Shown here piece after piece: positions 39,103 through 51,100 of a DNA stretch of 64,000 nt. The notes beneath the pieces are model-generated. The model was not told the DNA's origin, did not search any database, and worked only from the letters and a program-made list of their open reading frames with translations. The DNA comes from Catajapyx aquilonaris (lineage: Eukaryota): contig JYFJ02001036.1 of NCBI GenBank assembly GCA_000934665.2, positions 1 to 64,000 on the forward strand, written 5' to 3'. Made by a program: the position numbers and the translations under genes. Every line of letters begins with the position of its first letter. Positions within the stretch are counted from its first letter, which is position 1.

Positions 39103-42100
39103 CTGTTGTTGTGGTTGTGTTGTAAAAATTTTTTCCACGCAGATGGGAACAAGGTAGGAAGAATAGGTGGGCAAAATGGGCAAGACAGTAATGTGTGGCG
39201 TGATGCAGTGACATGAAAATGGCACGATAAGAAAAATGAAAAGAAATGTTTGGATAGAAAGAGAGAGGAAAAAAATTGGAAGAAAAGGGAAGGGAGAAAC
39301 GAGCATTAGGTCAAAGGCCAACATTACCACAACACTTATGCTACCGGTGCCTGTTGTTGCCTGCCTTACTGCCAACACAACATGGCTGGTGACAGTCACA
39401 CTACCCTTCAACTAAGCAGTGATTCCTAATGGTTATTGTGCCTGTCACGCTGGTGCAAAATCAATCTGTCAAAAACCATGTTGAACTTAGCTGGGACACA
39501 CAATATCCACATCTTTTAAAATATTGATCCAAGTCATCCAAGTGCCTTTTCATTAAAGGACATGTTCATCTTTTTAATACATTTAAAATAAATTTAGCCT
39601 TAGGTGTTGTGCTCAACTCATAAAAAACTGTTGTTTGAATTCCTGATCTTACCACAGAGTAAAAAGGGCACTTGGTAGTAAAACACTTGCACTCTGACCT
39701 AAAAATAAATAAAATGCAATGGAACACCAGCAGCGCAGTCACACAATAAATCAACTGTGTTGAAGGAAATTCCAGGTGAGGTAGGGAATTGTTCTGACAG
39801 GTTAGTCTACGGTAACCAAAAGTAAAGTCACAGCAGCTCATCTTTGGTGTGGGTACTGCATAAAGCTAAACAAACACAACAGTAGCAAATCAAAGCCAAT
39901 AGTGCTTATAGATGCTAACACTGGGTCAAAAACTGACTGGATCCCAATCTTAACTCCTCTAGAATTACAGACCTAGTAGGGTCTAGCAAAAGTGAGTGGA
40001 GGGAAAGTAGAGACCATAGTGAATATCATGCTATCTTGCCAGGCAAGGAGAAATCATCCATTGCGTACAGCAGTTCTGGATGAACACTAGGTCACAACTA
40101 CATAAGTGGGAGGGTGTAGATTGGTCGAGTAGGACAGGGCTTCCAGGTACTAATTTTTGACCCACAATCTGAGTTTGGATCCGTCACCCCTCTGAGGGAA
40201 AACAAGCTAAACCAAAGAGGCAAAGGTGTGCAACCACTAGCCGAGAGAGGGCAGGGGGGGAGGAATACAGGGTACAGGTCAAGAAGAAAAGGAAAATGGT
40301 TCTGGACTTAATTTTCACTAGTCTTGGCCTCAAGAGGAGGCGCAGGAGCTATGGTGGGTTCAGTGAATCGCCGCCTGAATCGGTTTTTCTTCAACATTGT
40401 GGCCTGTTTCAGGAACAAAAAGAAATAGAGGAAAAGGGAAGAACTCAATCCAGAGAGGGAGATGGGCCGTGGGGGGCAAGGGGCAGCGGGGCACAAACTC
40501 ACAGCACTCGCCACTTTCAGGCTGTCCACTACCCACATCATAGCTTTTAAAACTTGCTGTGCAGTACACCACCCCAGATGGAGATTTACTTAGCAAAACG
40601 AATCACTGATGTCTTTCCTGTAAACTGCTATGTGATCTGTACCAACTGATTACCTGTGGCATGTGAGGAAGTGCTGATAATTAGGTGCAAGTCATGCCCG
40701 CATGGCAGAGCACAAATTATGAATACTAAGTGACCTGCTCACAAGGATGCCTCTTTCCGTCAACAATGTTACAGCAGACTGGACTTTTGAAGTAATCAGT
40801 ACTTTTTCTCTCCATAATCAGTGTTCCTCTGTAACTTTACATCTGCCCCGCAAATTTATAGCTCTGCACCGCATCATCACAGCACATTGCAAGATGCCAC
40901 AACGACACCTTGCACTATTAATGGCTTATGTTTTAAAGCTATTTTATATTAAAGTTGGAATGGTAAGAAAGGATATGAAAAATATAAGGGAACCATACCT
41001 TGAGTGCTGATTTGAGCACAACAACTTCGCCAGGACTTTGGACCCATGGCTCCCCATCCACCTGTACAGGTAGCTCTGTATTTAGCCTAATCTTGATGTG
41101 GCCTCCCTGTCAACATATACCCAGGATGTCAAAAAAATTACATATTAAAACTGCCGGGAGGTAAGTGGACTATTGTGACACCAACAACAAGTCAGGAACA
41201 ACATGATGGGATTCCTTCTACTCTGGTCACGTGTTACCCTACCGCCTTGTTGGAGGTGTCAACTTAGCTGTGTCCATCCTGCGTACAGATCGAAGTGACT
41301 AACCTGGGATATTCTGATGGCAGATCTAAGGCCAGATTGTATTTGCCCTAGATGAACTACACCAGTAACACCAACTACCTCCAGCATTCCATCCCAGTGG
41401 TTGGGTTTAGAAAAGTGATCCTCCTTTTCAGGACCCCAGGGATTTGCTCCTGAACCCCAACTAGAGAACACAAAGATGGTTTAAACCAAGTGCAGGTATA
41501 CACTATGGAACTCTTCTGGTACTTTCTCAATGGGACAAATCCCCAGAACACATTCAAGCCTAAAGAAACACTGACTCAGACAGGTGTCAATAGTGAAAGT
41601 ACTTGTTAAATACCTGGAGTTCATAACATGTATCCATATTGGTAGTGTTAATAATTTTAAGTACAAGGTTTCAAATTCTCTTAAAAAGTGCCAACATCTT
41701 TCAATTATGCAAACTTGACAACCTGAGAATGTTGAGAATGATGATGCCCTCAACGGGTGGCAGCTCCACAAGTTTCCCGTCTACTTCCACCCGTATCTCC
41801 TTGTGCAGATCCTTGCACATCTTCCTGCCCACCATTTTTCTCAGGCCCATTTTCACATATACACCTTTGTTGTGCAGCCTAAAAGAACATTGCTCTTCAT
41901 TAATTTCTGCAACTTTACAACACATGAGGCCTGCATTGCCAACACCTGAGACTCCACAAACATAATGATAGTATCAAGCATATTCATTTATCTAGGTATG
42001 AGAACTAGGCAATCTAAATTGCCAACCCCTCATTCAAGCCTTTTGGCAAGTACAACAGGCCTCACACAATTACGTCAACAGTCTGGGGACCTTTTGCTAA

Positions 42101-45100
42101 CATAGAGGCTTGAAAATTATTATTCCTGAAATGATGTATAAGAAGTTGCAAATTCCAACAGTTATCATAGTAAGAAAAAATCTGCCTGAATAAAACTATA
42201 CACCATGTAGTTGTTGTTGTTATTGGGAAAAACTCAGGTGAGGCACAGACAAAACTGCAACCAACCTGCTGTTGAATTTGTCAGGATTCTCCTCACGAGC
42301 GTTGTGGAAGTCCAGGCAGAGGTCGGCATCAATCCCAATCCCAAAGTAGTTGTTCATGACGAAGATCTGTGTGTTATCCTCGCTTGTGGATACTACTCAA
42401 TGGATGGGTTGGAGGGTTACAGCAGTGTGTGTGTGCACAAGACATGGTTTTGTAGGCCGGGGAGGGATGGGAGAGAAAGAGAAAATTTGGTTTTAGCGCA
42501 GCCCTACATAGGGTTTAGGATAAACCCACATACAACAGCCACCTTTCTGGTTTGTTTTCAATATTTTTTCTGAGTTGTCAAGCCTTCAGGCACCTACACT
42601 ATCTTCTACTACTGTCATGCTGCACTTTTTTTTTTTTCAAGTGGCAAGAAATCATAAGAGAATCTCAAAAGCGCCAGAAACAAGGTGTGGAGGTTGAAAG
42701 GGGAATCCTTGGCCAAGTTACAGACAGCAATAAATGAAGAAACCACACAAAAAAGCTTTCCAAGAAAGAACTCAAGGGCCCCTCCCCCACAGCGACAGAA
42801 CGTCCCTCTAAAGACCAGGTGTGAAAACAAAACATTTTGAAACAGACGACACGAAATTATCCTGATGGACAAAGTCCTCCCAAGAAAAAAAAAGGCTAAA
42901 CAAAATAAGCCATGAAATATGTCATGAATACCTGAGAGGCAGATTGTCTTGCTTGGTACAGTTGGCGAGTTTTTTGGATGCTTCTGGCGCTTTTTTGACT
43001 GCCTTGGCACTGAAAAAACAGCAAAAGAGGAGCAAATCCCTAGCGCGGCTCCAAGGGAGACAGGAAGTAAAAAAAACAGTCAACGAGGCAGAAAAGTCCA
43101 CACTGCATCACCTTTGGATAAGAAGGTTCTATCTATTGGAAAGAGAACCTTCTGGCTCCAAAGCAATGACTTGGCAGCAGCACAGATGAGGCCAAGAAAA
43201 GTTTTGTTTAAAAAACCCTCGAAAGAAAGCCCATGCCAAGTAGGATCTTTCCCTCAGGTAGGAGGGTGGTATATCCCACCCTTCCACCAGATTACAAGTG
43301 TGTGAACCACAAAAGATGGACATGCATTCATTATATCCGTGCAATACGGCACAAGTGCCATTCTAGGTCAGTTCCAGGTTTGGCATAATGAAGAGGTACT
43401 GTACATGTGGACAAAACTGGTGCTGATTTAAGACAACTGACAGTGTATCTGTAAGGACTCAAGACACTTTATGCAGTGACCACACTTCTAATGTACATCC
43501 CTATGGCTAACACTACTGCACTATTCTTGTACTTACTGCCAGAAGGGTTTCAGAAGTACTGAGAAACTAATGCTTTAAGCACAAAGCTGCATCATGCAAA
43601 GCTGAGTTTGCTTTTTCTTTGGCATTCTAGGTCTCCCTGCAATACCTCATATGAAAGATGCTTGCACAAATGCCGTATTACTTTTTTTCTGAGATTGAGG
43701 TAATGCAGGTAGGAAGAACGACAAAGCTGCAGGGAGGATGAAAGAGAGAGAACTGATGAAAATCAAAAAAATGGTGCAGCAAGCAGTGGTCAGTGGGGGT
43801 TGGAGTGGTGTGGAGGGGGCAGCCGGCCAGGCAGCAGTCAACTACCTGTGGAATTACAGGCACCACCTTTGTCATCCTTCTCCCCCTTGTCCTCAGGATG
43901 GAACACCACTGTCCAGCGGTCCAGACGAATCTCCTCAGCATCTATCACATCTCGCAGCAAGTTAATGGGGTCTTCTCCTCCTGTGTAGCCTGGACCCCAT
44001 CTCAGCACTCGCGCCAGGTCATTCCCTGCAAACAGTGTTAGCAACTGAGAGCTACTGTTGCACTTGACATAGTGTGTGTGTGTGTTGTTGTTGTTGTTGT
44101 TGTTGTTTTTTGCAGAAGTGTTGCAATGATAAAACAATGCAAGTTACAAATAATGGAAGGTGACTCCTAGAGCCAACATGAGGGAACTTAAATGCCTTGG
44201 TTAGTAAGTGGAAGCCTCCAAGACAACTAGGACCATATGACAAGGTTTGAAACATCAGTGTATCTGGTATGACTATGATATAACTCAAATCACAACAAAT
44301 CAGTAACATTTTTGCATGCTTCCCATCCTAAATTGAGTACTGCCAGGTTGTTTTCTTCACATTAAACTTCTCATGTCTGCAGAGGTATGTCTTTGCAAAT
44401 GCAATGAACCAAAAGAGGATGCCTCATTGCTGCTGTGGTATGTACTTTTAGGCAGAATAACTAGTTGTGTGTGTAACAAACAGGTAGGTTTTTGATATGA
44501 ACATAAAGAAAATCTATGAAGACAAGATTTTAAAATATTTAAAACTTGCATATGGCATCAACAACAACAACAACAACATCACGACATTTCCCTATGAGGG
44601 GTAGTCAGCGATGAAGGGAGACGCAAGCTAACCCAACATATGAACTAATAAAACTCATGAGAATAAACCTAAAAACAACCTGACCCACCCCCCACCCCTG
44701 CTCACCTCAGACATCACCTTATCCTCAAACATATTTACCTATTTACCCATTAATTAACCTACGCCATCCTGAGGCTAGGGTTGTTTGTTTGTTTGGATAG
44801 GTGTAAATGGCATATGGCATCAAAAATGTTTATCCCATTTCACCTGTTGCAGAGTGATGACATCTGAGCCAAAAGTAATAAAATAGCTTATCATCTGCAA
44901 CTCAAACTGCCTTCATAGATTTGTAGAGCTGCCAGTGAAGGAAACTTTCTTGTTAATGTCGTCAACAACAACACAATAGCACTCCAACACCTGATAATAA
45001 TAATTACTAATACAGCTTGAAGCATTCAACGTTATCTCACATATTGCAGTCCAACAAACAATGCGATTCTTACTCTGCCCTTCCCAGTTTAGACAACTTT

Positions 45101-48100
45101 TTGGCGTACCTGTTCCAAGGGGCACAATGGCACAAGGTGGTGAGGAACATTCTGAATCCTGGCCCACATTATCCAGGCACTGCAATACCCAGCCAATGGT
45201 CCCATCTCCACCACACACCAGGATGCGGTAGTCATTAATGTACCGGAACACATACAGTCTGAAAACATAACTTTTCAACTCCTCTGCCAAATCCCTTAGG
45301 TTTAAAAAGGGCTGGGAGCAACTCACCCTGGAAGGGGCCCACCATTGTCCAGATCAAAAACTTGGTATGGGTTGAGAAGCTTCCGGAAGCTGGTGATAAG
45401 CTCCAGTCCCTGGCAACCTCCAGACTTAACATTTACAAAGATCAAGAGTGGTTGAACTCCTGCAGGGACCATGTGTGAAGCTATGTTGGGCAGCATCATC
45501 ACTGGTAGTAAAATTGTCTGGTTAAGCAGTGTCCACTGATTATTATTTGTGACCACATTGCTCACCCAAAAGATTCTTATCCTCATGACTGGACTCCCTC
45601 AGGGTGTAAAAGGCCCTGACAGCTTGTGGTGAATCCTCATAAGTCAGAACCATAGAGCCATACTCATAGTAAATGGGCCCAATGGAGGAGAACTTATTTT
45701 CTGAAAAAGAGAATAGCAGCTTATTCTTTTGAAAGTGGTTAGCAACTCAATTCTTTGAAACTAAAGCTTTTCAAAATATGGGCATATCGTGGCAAGGATG
45801 GCTGCAGGCTGAGGTTACACCTTTACGCTGCACACAGCTGCTGACTAATTATATTCAAAACACGGTAAGGGAAGATGAAGAGCTGTTGGGCATATCACGC
45901 TCTCATAAATATTACGAATACTTGCTTCCTACATGTGTTGGCCAGCCGTACATTAAACTCCCCCTGACTCTCCGGTACTCGCAATTATGGGCTAATTTAA
46001 GATTGAATATACTGCATATGTGGTTTGACGGGTATAAATACCCATGGACTGAAGAAACCTGTACACTTTGTAATGATGCTGAACCTTTTTCTCTCTACCA
46101 CTTTCTGTTTGAATGTCAGTTTTTCCATTTAACAAGAATGATTTGCTTAGAGGATGTAGCTGCTCCACCTAAGTTATACCCCAGATTACTTTTTGTTACC
46201 CCCCACCACCTACTAATGACAAAAGTGCATGACAACTTTAGAGAAGCGACCCGGCTGCTTCGCTTTGCTGATATTGTTCTAACGTAACAAGAACCGGGTC
46301 CTTCTGTTTAGGGATAAAGAAGTTATCTTGTATCTTGTATATTTTTTGGTAAGGGAAGTCTTCCTAGGGGCGTGAGCCCATGGAATAAATAAATAAAATA
46401 ATAATAACTCAATTCAGTCAAGGAAACTAATTGAAACCAAAACAGCCAGGTCCAAGTTCATCTGGGCTCTACTAGAATACACCATTGGGTGGCCCAATGC
46501 AATGTACTATATCCCTCAAAAATATGCCAATGATTTTCCATTGGAACTACATCTGGATTTCTTTCTGGCCATTTTTTAAATATATCACCATCCAATTTCC
46601 CAAGTCAAAAAGGAATTTAATCTCAACTGACCTTTCCCAAGGAACTCTATCAGCAAATTCTCATACTGCCTTTGTGACAGGTTAGGTGGGAGGCTTCCAA
46701 CAAAGAGAGCCACATTAGGACCATGGGGATCCTGGCAAGGCCGCAGGTAGAACCTTGCCAATTCCATCTGCCGGATGGAGTCCTTCCCATGCTGCTTCAG
46801 TAGTTCCCAAGGCTTCTCCTCCAGGGAAAGAATACGTTCAGATACCCCCTTATCTAGCAGGACTTCTGTAAGTCGGTAATCCTCAGGGTTGGTCTCCTCC
46901 AGATGGAATGCCTCCACAGCCTTTTGTATCACATCTACCACTGTATCCTCTTCTGTAACACGGACCACCACACTTGGGACCTGCACACGGATTCGCCCTG
47001 GGTATACCTTCACTTGGCCTTCTGTGTTTTCCTCATCCCTGCAAAAAGAAGTTCATAATTTCTGTATCATTTACAGGACCAATCACTTTCTTGGAGGGAC
47101 ACATTTTCAGATATATGTGACCTCTTCGCCTATTTATATTAAGACAATAAATTATATTGGCAAAACCACATTAGGTTAAGACACACTGCTTACAGAGCCC
47201 CTGTTCCAAAAATAAAAATGTGCAATGGCATTTTTAAGGAATCACATAGTCTTCAAAAACCATCCTGGTAAAGTCCAAAATATCAGTTACCCATGTGGAC
47301 ATGTTCCATGCATTACGTGAGATGATTGAATTTGGAGACAGTGACCCTTTAAAGGAAAGCTATTCTCGGGTTGGATTCATCAATGTCGTAAATCAAATTT
47401 TCGTCAACTGGTCGTAACCATAGTTACAATAATTAACTGACTATGGTTACGACCAGGGTCACCTACATGAGTGCCTCCCCCACCTAGACAGGGTATTGTC
47501 TCTCCGCCATATTGGAGCTAATTCACATAGGAGCTACATGCATTTTAAAAAAAACAATTGAAAAAAACAAAAACGAATCGCTTGCCAATTCCCTATCCTG
47601 CAGCATGGGGCGGCCATATTGGAGCTAGATTGCATAAGGACTACGTGAAGACAATACCCTGGTTAGGGTGGGGGAGGCAACCATGTAGGTGACCCTGGTT
47701 ACGACCAGCCCTCTGCAACTCCCTATCTGGCCCTACGGGGAAGCGTGTGAGCTTAGTTGTTACGCTACCCCCAATGGTAGAATGTTCTATTTGGCGCTGG
47801 CGTTGGTTCCACAGAGCACAACTGGTCACGTTCGGGCGGACGCTTTTCTGAACCGTTCTGAACAAAACCCCTGACCCACCCTGACCATCGTCCTGACGTG
47901 CACTGCAGCTGGGTCAGCAGAGGTTCAAACCCCCCAGTCATCGAACCCAATCGAACGAACCACGGATTGACCCGTGTGTGGACCAGTGGATTGAACAGCT
48001 GTCTGCCAGCTACCCGAACATGGACCATAGTGCTCCGTGGATGATGCCAGCGCCAAATCAGCTAAGCCCGCGCGCAACTAAGCTCACACATAGGGAGAGG

Positions 48101-51100
48101 GAGTTGCGTGACCTAAGTAATAGGCTGTGGTTACGACCAGTTACGACGAATATTTGACGTACAACATTTGATGAATCCACCCCTGGATATTAATTTGATT
48201 CCAGATATATTTTATTACTAGACATTTAAAATATTATCACCATAAATATTCTCAATATTGGCATTACCATAAGGTGCATTTTCATGTGAGCAATTTGATC
48301 GCACAAAGTCATCCCCGAGTGATGAATCCAATTGTTTGGGACAAAAGTAACAATCATGGTAATAATCGATTTTCGCCCCAACAACTGGATTCGTTGCTGG
48401 GCGATACCATTGCACGATCAAATCGCTCACACGTAAAAGCATCTTTATCATTTTATTACCTCATTTAATGTCAACATTATTTTAAAAAAAAGGTAATGAT
48501 GTTAGCAAAATCAAAAGGGAGGTTGCAAATTAGTTTCACCTCTAAAGTACAAGGGCTATTTTTTAATTAAGTTCCAATGGGCTATGAAATAAAAAACGAG
48601 TGATGAAAACTTTTAAATATGGTACATAAAAAGTTAGCTACATTCTTATGCCACTTTTCCGCACAGTAACCACCCAAACGGAATCACTTGTCATAATGTG
48701 GCACCAATTTTTGTATGCCTTCCCCATAGAAGGTTGCCACCTGGGTACTGAGCCAACCTATCACACTTTTTCAGCTCTCCGCAGTTCTTAAGCTCACTAT
48801 TCACGATGATTGTGATAGCCAAGCATTCCTATCACAATGTCACAAAGAGTTGACTGCGAAAAGTGGGGGAAAATCATCAGACATGTCAGAAATAATTGTG
48901 ACCCAATGCTCCAAAACCACATTGCAGACTTTTCAAAAAATCGTCAGTCGCCACTGATTATCCCCCTTGACCTTCCTCATTGTGGAGGTCAATTCATGCT
49001 TCTCGGAAATACGGACATAGCAACATCCCTCCTGCACTTTTCTCCATACACATTACACGACCTCCTATGAATTTCGGCTGCATTGTGTCCTTTAGTGTGG
49101 AGAAATCGACTCCACTCCCTGCTCCCGTTGTGTGTGGACGTGCCTTCCGTGCTCAACCACCCTTCACTCTCGGTGACACATTATGACAAGTGATTCTATC
49201 GGGAAGGTGACTATGTGTAGAAAAGGATGACTCTCACTTTTGTGAGTATCAAAATAGTTTTCATTACTCTTGTTCTTATTCCATAACTCATCAGAATTTC
49301 CTTTAAAAATAGCTCTGGTATCATATCAAAATGTCACTAATTACTGTTGTCCACTACCATATTTCAAATGAATCCACCTCACCTGAAACGTAGAAAGACA
49401 GCTGGCCTCTTTCCTTCTTTACGTCTAAGGAGCTGGAGTGGATTGGGGTCCCCCAACTCCTTCTCTTCCCCAGCATAGGCATCGGTCAGGTAGTAAGTGG
49501 CTAAACAAATATGGAAGGACATACGTGAGTTTGACTACAGTGGCAAAAAGTAGGACTTCCCACCTGGATCTTTTGTGATGTGGAAGGCCCTGAGAGCAGC
49601 TGCCAGAACTTCCTGAGTGCCAGCCTGCCTTGCAATGGAGATGGTGCGGAAGATGCGCCGTCGAAGAGAGTTGTTCCCATCGAACACCTTGATCACCTCT
49701 GAAAATTGTCATTTTATTTATACTGTTCACCACTGCTGGAAATTGTGGAAAAAAAACTAAATGACCTTCATCTCTGTCTTCTTTTTCCTTGTTTCCCTTA
49801 TCCTTAGAATGGGTTGAGTCTTCACTTTCCCGATAACGGTTATCACCACTGCTAAACTCTTCAGAAATGCTCCGAGCTAATTGGGCAAACAAACAAGTAC
49901 TTCAGAAAATCTGTCCCTTACAAGTTGAAATACACACCCTCATATGTTATTGAAGTGAAAATGTTATTGAAGTGAAAAAGTGAAATAGAATAGTTTAAAC
50001 CCCAAATTTGTAGTCATCCCAACATTCCAAACATTCTCGATGCTGAAGAATTCAAGTTATTGTGGTCTGAATAAATATCAATATTATGAACCCCCTTCAC
50101 AATGCAAGAAAGTCAAGTTCTACACAACATTCAGCACACAAAGCAGGAAAATAAAGGAAGCACACCAACTGCTAAAAGCCACAACCCAAAAGCCCAAAGC
50201 AACAGTCACTGGCCTCAATGCCCCCCTTTTTTTTCCTTCCATACTTTATTCCATCACTGCGCTCTCCTTCTTCGCATCCTGGAAGACGTGGAGAACTTCC
50301 CAAAGCGACTAAAAACTTGTACTGTGGTAGCAAATTGGACCAGGGAAAAAGAGGAATAGTGTATCCATCACCATATTATAGTATAAGTGTTAGATTTGCA
50401 CTACAGTTCCTTTAGCTAGAGGTCTGTACCTGCCACATATTTTAAGTGGAATTGCTTTCAGACATGCCTGAAGATTATCATTTGACTAGTATTAATTTTA
50501 CCAACACAAACAGTGATTTGCTACATCATTTACATTCCATAATTTGACAGAGTTAGCAGCTGAATTCAGTTATTGGATGTGTAAACATTGGTCAAATGCT
50601 GCAAAAGCATAAGTTGGAAAGTGAGGATTAAGGGGGGTGGGGTGTGGAAAAAAATACCTCTCTCATACAGAAGTGACTGAGTGCAGTGCAACTTCGGACA
50701 AGCCCACTGCAGCAGGTTCAGCAACCTAAGGCGCCAAACACTCCTTTCTTCTGCAAAGTGTTTCGCAAGAGAAGACTGAAAACAACTGCACATCCTAATG
50801 TACTTTCCTCGCTTTCCCTATCTCCCTGTTTGCTTTCTCATGGATTTGAAACTCATCACGTTCACACAAGTGTAGGGAATGACAAACACATTCTAAGATC
50901 CCTTCTGTTCACCCACTAGTTGCCGTACATGTTGGAGGCTACTACTGTTCTTCAGGTTTTGGGATCCACGTGCAATGTATGAATGTCACAAAATATATCA
51001 TCGATAATACGTGCAAGCAAGAACATCAATATTGAAGAAAAGACACACGACAACAACAAAGCATTAGCATCCTTTTTGAATCCAAATATCCATTGGAGCA

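Noticed and set aside
42541..42620. Possible extra DGK cassette exon
   Set aside because: The frame matching the donor has a stop and no phase-compatible acceptor.
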